Assembly: GCA_963788655.1 (NCBI GenBank)
Contig: CAWBHS010000064.1
Span: 1 to 64,000, forward strand
Reading direction: 5' to 3'
Length of the DNA stretch: 64,000 nucleotides
DNA from: an uncultured Verrucomicrobiae bacterium
GTDB lineage: Bacteria > Verrucomicrobiota > Verrucomicrobiia > Limisphaerales > JAFGQR01
The translations under genes were made by a program, and so were the position numbers. The notes below the pieces were generated by a model, which saw only the letters and a list, made by a program, of their open reading frames with translations, made no database searches and had not been told where the DNA came from. This document shows, piece after piece, positions 47,501 through 55,247 of the stretch (its first letter is position 1; every line of letters starts with the position of its first letter).

Positions 47501-48075
47501 TCGTAGCCGTACAGTGAGCCATTGACGTAGCTCGAAGGGGCCCAAGTCACCGGATCGTAGTTCAGTTTGATGACCGTGTAGTTGGTGTAAGTGACGCCGC
47601 CGATGGTTTCCGTGTTCCGCCCGCGCAGAGCCCAGGTCCAGCGAACCGCATCCGCCAAGCCCATCTGTTCGGTCATCATCTCCAAGATTTGCGATTTGAG
47701 ATCCAGGATGCCCAGCGCGGAGGCCCGGTAATTCTGGCGCAGCGCGTCGGTCTGGGGGAATTCGGTCAGGTTGGCGCTCATTTGCGATGCCGGGGGCAGC
47801 GCGTTCAGAATGGCAAAAGCTTTGTCCGCCTCATCCATGCCTCGCGTCCCAAAATACTTCAGGAACGAGGCATCCACAGCATAGTAAATATTGGTGACGT
47901 TCCAACGGTACCCTTCGGTGAAAGTCATCGGGCCGCCGATATCGCCGGGCAGGTCGTAACCCAGCGCGGTCACCTGCCATGTCTTGTTGGTCCCAATCAA
48001 CGAAAAGGCTTGCGCCCCACCCGCCGTGGCCAACACCAGCGATACCAGCAACAGTTGTTTAATCAATCGCATCAT
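44530..48075 (-). CDS. Secreted protein with degenerate matrixin-like N-domain and inserted delta-60 repeat block (1181 aa)
   Basis: Signal peptide ending AQA-FSLIG; YRWN...IYY; DLKSQILEMMTEQMGL; LTRDDVGGLRFLY; about six Q.DG...GG.F...ARLN.DG repeats; TN-rich C-half. Confidence 0.75.
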   Translation of the reverse strand: MMRLIKQLLLVSLVLATAGGAQAFSLIGTNKTWQVTALGYDLPGDIGGPMTFTEGYRWNVTNIYYAVDASFLKYFGTRGMDEADKAFAILNALPPASQMSANLTEFPQTDALRQNYRASALGILDLKSQILEMMTEQMGLADAVRWTWALRGRNTETIGGVTYTNYTVIKLNYDPVTWAPSSYVNGSLYGYDIREPIAPQNYADAIERSLDTISLANGNPAPVSSFASGTGQFWIGLTRDDVGGLRFLYRPGNQAAERILPGSLVAITNRADVPLLLTNIDLEQFIFNTHHTTNTSTELLSLYTNLVIAGTNSTILERQVVTNVLYYFSNAPAQPVSASQFVSTNLTTNILAYYDYTFDNLLTNLSGVKLLVGGSFTDPLANLLRLNGNGTFDTNFTPNVNGPVHALAVQPDGKVLVGGDFTQVNGMDRPHLARLNLDGSVDVLFLPLVDQPVSAIAVQADGKLLTGGEFATVNGLPRAGIARLNADGSVDTDFVTSANGAVHTVAVQGDGQVLIGGAFTTVNNGARTNLARLNADGTLDPNFVAAANATVKSMALQETGQVLIGGDFTDVNGLSRSHLARLNGDGSVDTNFTAFVSAAVNAVITNKQGQIVIGGSFGNVNGTQRSLLARLNHDGSLDPGFRATNFQASATAHVNTIGLNWDGALLVGGVFAVTNGVGNGRTNFARLNPDGGLDPTVPNLLGAPDAEVFAAVGQGYGNVYIVPPALYGYEFIEDLLTNVVPVTNLATIDLGYFVDTNSPVPVFTTNLAEFNAISKTNSPAAMQTIYPDLIINSSYYTLSTEAFTNYLTYLTNPPYAPAGTLIMASVPVVTNILVTNYYHTYGNVITNTFFTSSPVNHQLIKVYPPAFGAPGTVQTSVVNQAYQSNFVNGSIYIIPTNLVGYQLISTLLTNYLEFTNILQPAFLGTNVVGTNVTGTNVTSTNLVSYTNEQLVTYGTGYVFAAYPVQRYYGVSTNAGGTNIYGTTNPIVVTSVTNVYSSAYPVEFQTTTNSVNIRPGVDKLYFENVTYRYDSLIGQFFLPFTNQYVENVITNYQQRSQVVRRIVGEPDILLLAEDLGLVNNLTPVLNLRSGTGNWENNDAINGQAAQFGPGVIRPPIRLRFSDQLPYYENQTPFFLDESSTTTLGGFVWGAFDGTTNPPVVFPDSVTLRQLEEEVLTPPVNPP

Positions 48076-48083
48076 AGGAATCC

Positions 48084-50006
48084 TTAGCGCACGCGGATCA
48101 CTCGGTAGAATTCCGCCTCGTTGAGGCTGCCCACCAGCACCGAGTCGCTCGTATCAGCCGCACGACGCAGCGAGCCGTAATTCTCCCAGCCATTAAAGTT
48201 CACCGACTTCTGCACCTGATACATGTAACCGGGTTCGCTGTTCCAAGTCAGCCGCCCGCCCTCGGGCGTCAACGTCAAGTGCGTCTGCAACACGCTCGCG
48301 GCATCGACGGGGCTGGTGCCGCTGAGGAACTCCAGCAGGTTGTTCGCTCCGTCATGGTCCGAGTCCACGTTCGGCGAGGGCCAGTTCTCCGGATTCGGCC
48401 CCCAATACATCTGCTGCCAACTGTCCGGCAATCCGTCGAAATTGGCGTCCAAGCCCCAGGTGGTGGCCTTGGCCGCGGCGGACAACGGCGAGAGCGTACC
48501 GTCCTTGAACCGATACGCCAGGTTGAGGCGATGCGCGGAACCCGGCGGCAAACCCGTCACCACATAGTAATTGTTGGTCAGGGTAATCGGGGTCGGATTG
48601 GTGTCCTTGTCGATGAACAACTCGTAATGCTGGAGGTTGAAGAAGCCGGCCAATTCCGGCCAACTGACCGCCAACTCACTCGCACTCAGCGCCACCACAT
48701 AAGGTGCGCTGGGCGGATCGGTGACCACGCCGATGCTCACATACCGTTGGGCGTATAAATCAAAGCTGCTCGACCCACCGATAAAACTGGTCCACACCAC
48801 GAGAAACCGGCCCGAGGGATCGGCCGCCACCGCCGGATGAATCTGTTTGCTCACGGTGTATTCCCGGTTGACCAGAAACTCCTCGGAGGAGGGCTGTCCG
48901 TTGTGCAGGTAGCGCCCGTAAACCCCTTCCTGCGATCCGTCCTGCCCGAGGCTGTTCCACACCACCATTTGGTCGGCGCCAATGGCGGCGATCCGCGGCG
49001 CAAACTGATCTCCGTAAGTGAAGACGTTGAGCCGCACCGGCAGGCCGTTGGTCAGACCCGTAGCCGAGAACGCTCTTCCGTAAATGTCCCAGCCGTTGTT
49101 GCGATCGAGCGTGTCACGCTGATTCCAAACCACGGTCAAGCCGCCGTCGGACAAACTGGCAATCACCGGATTGGCGCAGATGGGAACCTCGTACAAACCG
49201 GCGCGGAGGTCATCCGTAACCGGAAGACCCTGCGCGTCAAAAATACGGCAATAGACAATGGCATTGGCCGTCACCGCGTTGGTGGTATTGAAATCGGTAA
49301 CCCGCAAATTGCTCACAAATTCGGTGACCCACGCCACGGCAAAATTCCCGTTCGATAGGGCCGTCACCGCCGGGCTTCGTTGATTCTGCGCGTCGAAGCG
49401 GTTGACCTTGAATTCCGGACCCAGTTTCTGGCCCGTGGCCGAAAACCGCTGCGCCCACACGTCCAACATGGTGGGGCCGTTGCCGTAGCTCGTCCACGCC
49501 ACCACCACGCTGCCATTGGCGAGCACCGCCACTGCCGGTCCGATTTGATTCTCGCCGTTGGCGGAGTCCACTTGCACGTCGCCGGTCACGAACGTCCCAT
49601 CCGCGGCGAGGAACCGCGCATAAATGTGTTGAAAGCCGGGACGCCCGCCCTGCCACACAAACACCGCGCCGCCATCGGGGAACAACGCGAGCCGCGGATG
49701 TTCCTGATCGAGATCTCCTTGTTCATTGACTTGAAAGCTGGCGAGCTGGCCGGAAAAGGAATTGTTCAACCACCGCGCGCTGAGGCCCAAACCACTGCCG
49801 TCCGTCAGGTTGTCTTCCCACACAACATAACCACCGGAGGCCGCCACCTGGATATCGGGAAAGACCTGATCGCCGAGGAGGTTGCCGGCAATGGCATACT
49901 GTTGGGCCTGGGGGGCATAGGCGTTCTGGGCCCGTCCCCCGAACGGGAAGGCCAAAGCAAAACTCAGCAGTACCAGCTGCGAAACAAGCCGTATCGGTGA
50001 TGGCAT
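48084..50006 (-). CDS. Secreted repeat (beta-propeller-like) protein with FN3-like domain, TSP3-like Ca motifs and FYRV tail (640 aa)
   Basis: Signal peptide; repeated F.VN....Q..P.VA....G..VV.W....DVY..R units; VSWP...Y.VTGLPPGS FN3-like segment; DANFDGLPDSW and DSDHDGANNLLEF; C-terminus AEFYRVIRVR. Confidence 0.78.
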   Translation of the reverse strand: MPSPIRLVSQLVLLSFALAFPFGGRAQNAYAPQAQQYAIAGNLLGDQVFPDIQVAASGGYVVWEDNLTDGSGLGLSARWLNNSFSGQLASFQVNEQGDLDQEHPRLALFPDGGAVFVWQGGRPGFQHIYARFLAADGTFVTGDVQVDSANGENQIGPAVAVLANGSVVVAWTSYGNGPTMLDVWAQRFSATGQKLGPEFKVNRFDAQNQRSPAVTALSNGNFAVAWVTEFVSNLRVTDFNTTNAVTANAIVYCRIFDAQGLPVTDDLRAGLYEVPICANPVIASLSDGGLTVVWNQRDTLDRNNGWDIYGRAFSATGLTNGLPVRLNVFTYGDQFAPRIAAIGADQMVVWNSLGQDGSQEGVYGRYLHNGQPSSEEFLVNREYTVSKQIHPAVAADPSGRFLVVWTSFIGGSSSFDLYAQRYVSIGVVTDPPSAPYVVALSASELAVSWPELAGFFNLQHYELFIDKDTNPTPITLTNNYYVVTGLPPGSAHRLNLAYRFKDGTLSPLSAAAKATTWGLDANFDGLPDSWQQMYWGPNPENWPSPNVDSDHDGANNLLEFLSGTSPVDAASVLQTHLTLTPEGGRLTWNSEPGYMYQVQKSVNFNGWENYGSLRRAADTSDSVLVGSLNEAEFYRVIRVR

Positions 50007-50543
50007 AAGAGGTACTTTTGTTGTACCAGTGAACCCTATCGTTGTCCACGACTTCTTGGTAAAAATTCAGTTGGCACCGGGGCGATAAGGCCGTGCCTGA
50101 CAACGCCGAAGACGCGCTGGATTCGAGATTGTTGTGAATGAAGTTAAGCAAGCGCATCACGAAATTCCCGCGTTATTCTGAGTCAAGAAATTTTACGATT
50201 AGAGCAACCACAATGCCATTAAGTAATTTGAGAATATCCCCAGCGAAACGGGCACCCGCCGCGTGGGAATCACGCAAGGATGCGCGAGCCTCACGCATAA
50301 AGCGGCAACCTCGCGCGCTTGAAACCGGGGCCGGTGCTTCACGGTCCGGTACCCTGTTAGGGATTGAGGAGAAAACGCGTTGAGGTCGTTCGCGCTTGGC
50401 CGCGTGGGCCAGCTCGATCGCTCGGTCACGGCCACAACTCCGTTCCGGTCTGGGCAAGGCCACGCCGAATCCAGTCCCGCCGTTAAGCGAGCGGCTCCGA
50501 TTCAGTTGGTCAGGCACATTGGCGCCGGTAGTCATCATCGCAC

Positions 50544-51428
50544 TTAGAGCAGCAAGGGAGTTTCGTCGAGTTGCGCCAGAAGAGTTTTAAAGCCCCATTG
50601 CGCATAGAGCGGCCGGAGTTGCTGGACATCCGAGTTCCGCACCGCCAATTCATCAAAAGTGCAAGGCCGGCCGACGCGGTCATCGAGGCGAATCAACTCC
50701 TGGTTCCGCTTTACCACGTCCACCGCTGCTTGGAGGTTGTGCCGCAATTTTTCGCCGCGAACTTCCGGGCCGCGCGCCAACAAGGCCTCAAGCGAGCCAA
50801 ATTGATTCAATAATTCCGCGGCGGTCTTTGGGCCCACGCCCGGCACGCCGGGAATGTTGTCCACGCTGTCACCCACCAGGCTGAGCCAATCAACCACTTG
50901 CTCCGGCAGCACTCCCGTGCGCGCGCGCACTTCGGCCGCGGTCCAAATCCGTTCCTCCTTGTCGTTCGGGTTGAGCAGCCCGATGCGCGGTCCTACGAGT
51001 TGCATGAAATCTTTGTCCGCGCTGGCAATCACCACCTCGAAGCCGTCGGCCGCGGCGCGCCGGGCGAGGGCGGCTATCCAGTCATCCGCCTCGACTCCTT
51101 CCTCCATCAGCGAAGCAATGCGAGCCGCGCGCAAGTAGTCCTGAATACCGTCAAGTTGTGCCTCCAGCGACGGTGGCATGGGCGGACGCTGGCTTTTGTA
51201 TTCGGGCAGCGCGGCCAACCGCTCTGCCGCCAAACCCCCGTCCCAGATCACGGCTTGATGGGTGGGCGACAACCGGGCCTGCATTTTGCCCAGCATTTTG
51301 AGGAAGCCGTAAATGGCATTGGTGGGTTCCCCGGTTGGAGCGCTCAATTGCCGGATGGCATAGAACGCGCGATAGGCATAAGCGTGCCCGTCAACGATCA
51401 ACAACTTCCTTTGTGAGTTGGTGGGCAT
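50544..51428 (-). CDS. Stand-alone 5'-3' exonuclease / flap endonuclease (PolA N-terminal domain homolog)
   Basis: LLIVDG...YRAFYA, EYKSQR, EADD, SADKDFMQL, LVGDSVDNIPGVPGVGPKTA (H3TH); ends with no polymerase domain following. Confidence 0.9.
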   Translation of the reverse strand: MPTNSQRKLLIVDGHAYAYRAFYAIRQLSAPTGEPTNAIYGFLKMLGKMQARLSPTHQAVIWDGGLAAERLAALPEYKSQRPPMPPSLEAQLDGIQDYLRAARIASLMEEGVEADDWIAALARRAAADGFEVVIASADKDFMQLVGPRIGLLNPNDKEERIWTAAEVRARTGVLPEQVVDWLSLVGDSVDNIPGVPGVGPKTAAELLNQFGSLEALLARGPEVRGEKLRHNLQAAVDVVKRNQELIRLDDRVGRPCTFDELAVRNSDVQQLRPLYAQWGFKTLLAQLDETPLLL

Positions 51429-51545
51429 AAGGCATCCTGCGCACACGCCGGGCGAGCCTGGCTCGTTCCCGGCTACGCGGCGGTCAGGGCGGGAACCGGC
51501 GCGGGCCGTGAGCCGGGAGGAACCGGTCCGGTGACGGTCCCGGAC

Positions 51546-54389
51546 TTACCAGACTTTGTTCTGGTCAGGTACGGATTGTTTCGCAAAAGGCATTTCCTCT
51601 TCGGAGTGGACCCGGTTGCCGGCCGGATCAATGATGGTCGGGGTGACGAAGATGATGAGATTCTTCTTCTTCGTCAGCGCGGATTCACTGCGGAACAACC
51701 GGCCCACGAGCGGCAAGTCTCCCAGCAACGGCACCTTGTCTTTGGTCTTCTGCACGTTCTCGGAGATCAACCCGCCGAGCACCACGGTCTGGCCGTCCCA
51801 CACCACCGCGCTGGTCACCACCTGGCGCAATTGGAACTGCGGCAGCGGAGTTGGTTGCGTCAAGGCGTTGGCAATCGCCCCGCCGCTGACCGACTGCGCC
51901 TGGGCGGCGAAGATTTGCGCCGTTTCAAAATCATAACCAATGAAATCGCGCACGGTCGGGATGATGGTCATTTGGACCGTATATCCGTCCGCGCAGACGT
52001 AGGGGACCACGTCAAGCACCGGTCCCAACTCGATGGGTTCGGCAATGGGTTGAATGATGGTGCCCACGCCGCCGCCACCGGTCGTCGTGCCGACGGTGCT
52101 CACGCTGCTGCCGCCTGATGTTTGGTTGATGGACAGGTCGGTCACCACGTACTGCACATTGGCCACTTTGATTTGGGCCTGCCGTCCGCTCTGCGTGGTT
52201 ATCTTCGGCGCCACCAATACATCGACACCCTGGCGTTGCTCGAGGGCCTTGATGACGACTTTGAATTGGGGATCCGTCAAGATGCCGGTATAGGAAAATA
52301 TGGCCGGCGCGCTGTTCCGCAGTCCGGAAGTTAGAATGCTGTCCGTCGAACTCGGGTTCACCAGCGTCGAGGCCGCGCCCGAAACCGCATTGGCGGGTTG
52401 GCCGGGGAACGACCCGACCGGATTCGCCTGCGTGGACCGTCCATTCATGGAAGGCTGGGTACCACCTGACGCCGCCGTGTTGCCGCCAATGATGACGTTG
52501 CCAAGGTACCAGTCAAAGCCCAGTGCCCGGTTGTCGTTCTGGTTCACTTCCGCAAACTTGGATTCCACGGTCAGTTGCGGCGGGGACATGTTGAGCACTT
52601 GCAGGGCCTGTTCGATGATGTCCAAGTCTTGCAACGTGGCGCGCACCATCAGCATGCCGAGCCGGTCGTTGAAATAGATATTCTTGGGCGGTTCCAAGTC
52701 CACGCCACACGTAGTGAAGAAATCCCTTACCACCGTAACCACGTTCTGCATGGGCGTCACGGACGTCAGATAATCGATCCCGCCGCCGCCGGTTTGCCCG
52801 GTCGTTCCAGTGCCCGTGCCGCCCTGACCGGTTCTTCCCTGCGTGCGACCGCCTTGGCGTCCGCCACTGCCAGTCAGACTGACGCCGACGTATTCCGACT
52901 GGCCGCCACCACCGTAGCCACCGCCGCCGTAGCCGCCACCGCCGCCGCCGTAGCCGCCACCACCGCCGCCGTAACCGCCGCCGCCGTAGCCGCCGCCGCC
53001 GCCGCGCCCACCATAACCGCCGCGGCTGCCGCCGCCGTAACCGCCGCTGCCGCCGTAACCGCCGCCGCCACCGTAACCGCCGCCGCCGCCGCCGCCGGTC
53101 GTGCCGAATTGATACGCGGACACGCCCTGGAGGCCTTGGGCGAACGTATTCGGATCAATCCTGAAAAACCGGTTGTACAACGGTGGCGTTTCCGTGGTTT
53201 TGAACGAAATAAGAACATACGCGTCGTCCACCGAATACTTGATGGGCTTGTTGGCCACGGTGACGATGGCATCCAGCGCCTGCCGCAAGGTCACATCGCG
53301 AATCCCCGGTTTAAGTTTGACCAGCACGGTGTCAATATTCAAGGGTTCGGCGAGCGAAGGAATGGGCAAACCGCTGGCGGGATCAATGACCTCTTCGGTC
53401 GTGGTGGCCGGGGGATCGGCATTCTCGCTGAGGATAAAATTGAGGCCTTTCTTCTCCGGATCTCGCTTCAACGCATCATCGCTCAGTTGCGCGATCACTT
53501 CCTTGAGCGGAATCTCATCGTATTCCAACTGGTCGATGCGAATGCGATCCAATTTCTCATAAATAGCAGCCCGCGCACTGCTGGTACGGATGTAATTGGT
53601 GCGCGCGTAGGGATTGGGCTCCGGTAATTGTTGTCGTTGGATTTGTTCGCTCCAGGCCTGACCTACTTCCATGATTTTGCCCTGGGACCAGCCTTCCCGA
53701 ACGATGGTGGATTTGCGGTATTGTTTTTCCATGACCAAGCCCAGGTAATAAATCGCCCCGCGATTCAACGGGTCCCCTTTGATTGCTTCCCGCAACTTGG
53801 CTTCCGCCTGGTCATATTCCCCCGCTTCATAAAGCAGCTTGCCGTCCTGCACCAACTTGTCCACCGCGATCTTTCCTTCCATGATTTTGGGGATTTGGTT
53901 GATGGTTTCCTGGTCCGGCCGGCGGGCTTCGACCTCGAACCAGTGTTGATAAACCTTGTTGGTCACCGAACGGGCTTCGGGGTTGCCGGGCGCCACGCGT
54001 AACACGGCAAACGCCTGGTTGGTGGCTTGGATGAAATCCTGGCGGCGGTAGGCTTGCTCGGCCAGAACGTTGCGCACCGCAATGATGCCGTTGACCGCTT
54101 CCTGCCGCACCGGGCCCACCTCGTTGCCAATCTTCCGGATCAGCGCATAACACTCATCATAAACGGCGGCCGCCGCGTAGAAGGATCCCTCCCGCTGCAG
54201 CGCCTGGGCCTGGACCAGTTTATTGGTCAGTTGCACGGTCATTTCCTGGCGCCGCACCGCTTCCGCGATGGCGTCCGTCACCGCGCCCGCCCCCGTCGTG
54301 GGGCTCGGTGCTGGATTCTGATTCTGGGCCAGCGCGGAACCTAACCACAGCGGGGCCAGGGCACAGCATACTATCAAGGCTCTAATCAT
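51546..54389 (-). CDS. Outer-membrane secretin (PilQ/GspD-like; Amuc_1098-like) with TPR-like N-region and Gly/Tyr-rich loop
   Basis: PQLTVESKFAEV, VLVAPKITTQSGRQAQI, DGQTVVLGGL and KVPLLGDLPLVGRLF...NLIIFVTPTII form the secretin signature; signal peptide; TPR-like GKLLYEAGEYDQAEAKL. Confidence 0.92.
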   Translation of the reverse strand: MIRALIVCCALAPLWLGSALAQNQNPAPSPTTGAGAVTDAIAEAVRRQEMTVQLTNKLVQAQALQREGSFYAAAAVYDECYALIRKIGNEVGPVRQEAVNGIIAVRNVLAEQAYRRQDFIQATNQAFAVLRVAPGNPEARSVTNKVYQHWFEVEARRPDQETINQIPKIMEGKIAVDKLVQDGKLLYEAGEYDQAEAKLREAIKGDPLNRGAIYYLGLVMEKQYRKSTIVREGWSQGKIMEVGQAWSEQIQRQQLPEPNPYARTNYIRTSSARAAIYEKLDRIRIDQLEYDEIPLKEVIAQLSDDALKRDPEKKGLNFILSENADPPATTTEEVIDPASGLPIPSLAEPLNIDTVLVKLKPGIRDVTLRQALDAIVTVANKPIKYSVDDAYVLISFKTTETPPLYNRFFRIDPNTFAQGLQGVSAYQFGTTGGGGGGGYGGGGGYGGSGGYGGGSRGGYGGRGGGGGYGGGGYGGGGGGYGGGGGGYGGGGYGGGGQSEYVGVSLTGSGGRQGGRTQGRTGQGGTGTGTTGQTGGGGIDYLTSVTPMQNVVTVVRDFFTTCGVDLEPPKNIYFNDRLGMLMVRATLQDLDIIEQALQVLNMSPPQLTVESKFAEVNQNDNRALGFDWYLGNVIIGGNTAASGGTQPSMNGRSTQANPVGSFPGQPANAVSGAASTLVNPSSTDSILTSGLRNSAPAIFSYTGILTDPQFKVVIKALEQRQGVDVLVAPKITTQSGRQAQIKVANVQYVVTDLSINQTSGGSSVSTVGTTTGGGGVGTIIQPIAEPIELGPVLDVVPYVCADGYTVQMTIIPTVRDFIGYDFETAQIFAAQAQSVSGGAIANALTQPTPLPQFQLRQVVTSAVVWDGQTVVLGGLISENVQKTKDKVPLLGDLPLVGRLFRSESALTKKKNLIIFVTPTIIDPAGNRVHSEEEMPFAKQSVPDQNKVW
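52902..53098 (-). repeat. Low-complexity (GGC)n/TAC coding repeat giving a (G)3-8Y tract in the secretin
   Basis: Tandem ccg/ccgtag/ccgtaa units on the + strand translate to GGGGGGGYGGGGGYGGSGGYGGGSRGGYGGRGGGGGY... Confidence 0.9.
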
Positions 54390-54415
54390 AGCTATTCAGT
54401 CGTTGGGCACAAAGA

Positions 54416-55237
54416 TCAAGAAGGGAGGGTCACGACTTCTGCCAGCCGCACCGTGTACTTTTTGTTGTTTGAGCTGGCCGACAATACTACTTCGTCGGCG
54501 CTGATGGCAACGATTTTGTAGTCTTCGCCGGCAAAGTGCAGCTCGGCGCCGACGCGCACGTTGCGAAACTCCTTCCCCTCCGGAGGATACTTAAGATCCG
54601 CTTCATAACCTTCCGTGCGGACGTACGGTTTGTCCGGCGCCACGGAAACCGTTTCCTGCGTGTCGGGCAGCAGCAGGATCAATTCATCCGGCGCTTTCGG
54701 ATCGCCCTTCACATCCAGCAAGGCATAGAACTCATTGGTTTGTCCCTTGGTGGCATAACTGGGCCGCTTGCGTCGCAGCAGGGGATTTTCGGCGGCTTCC
54801 CGGGTGATGCCCAAGTAGTAGCCCCCGTTGCCGGTCGCCCGCTCGAGCGATAGGATGTAGTTCAACGGTTGCGCCTTGGTGAATTCCATCACGGCGGGGC
54901 CGACTTCGCCGCCCGTTTCGATCTTGATCAAATCACCATTGGGCTGGCGTTGCCATTTGACCGGGTTGAACAGGTTGTGGGGCAGCGAAAAATCCACGCT
55001 TAGCGGCTGCGCGGCCACCTTGAGCGCGGCTTGATGCGGTGCCATGTTCACCGGGGGCAGCGCTTTGTTGGGCTGGCGGCTGATCCCCACGAGGTAGGTT
55101 TGGATTTTGTCCGCCTCTTTCTGGCGCACGTTGTTCAGCTTCCACACGGTCGTCCCCAGTCCCAGCAGGGCCAGGATGAGAATCAGCTTCTCATAATGGT
55201 TGCGACCGGCATCAATAAGTCTGCGAAGATGTTCCAT
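54416..55237 (-). CDS. Pilus-system membrane protein (Amuc_1099-like, PilP/GspC position)
   Basis: NHYEKLIL followed by one TM helix, HNLFNP motif, C-terminal beta-rich YKIVAISADEVVL; directly upstream of the secretin. The family call rests on synteny and recalled motifs, not a search. Confidence 0.6.
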   Translation of the reverse strand: MEHLRRLIDAGRNHYEKLILILALLGLGTTVWKLNNVRQKEADKIQTYLVGISRQPNKALPPVNMAPHQAALKVAAQPLSVDFSLPHNLFNPVKWQRQPNGDLIKIETGGEVGPAVMEFTKAQPLNYILSLERATGNGGYYLGITREAAENPLLRRKRPSYATKGQTNEFYALLDVKGDPKAPDELILLLPDTQETVSVAPDKPYVRTEGYEADLKYPPEGKEFRNVRVGAELHFAGEDYKIVAISADEVVLSASSNNKKYTVRLAEVVTLPS

Positions 55238-55247
55238 GCCAAACTGG

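Noticed and set aside
8369..48290. Calling the shared tail a T9SS CTD, PEP-CTERM or autotransporter barrel
   Set aside because: No YPNP or G.Y...K motifs, no PEP-TM-basic pattern, and too short for a barrel with no terminal aromatic residue.
50173..50538. 121 aa ORF and possible promoter between the exonuclease and the cluster
   Set aside because: The translation is not protein-like. The region is somewhat AT-richer and probably regulatory, but I cannot assign -10/-35 elements.
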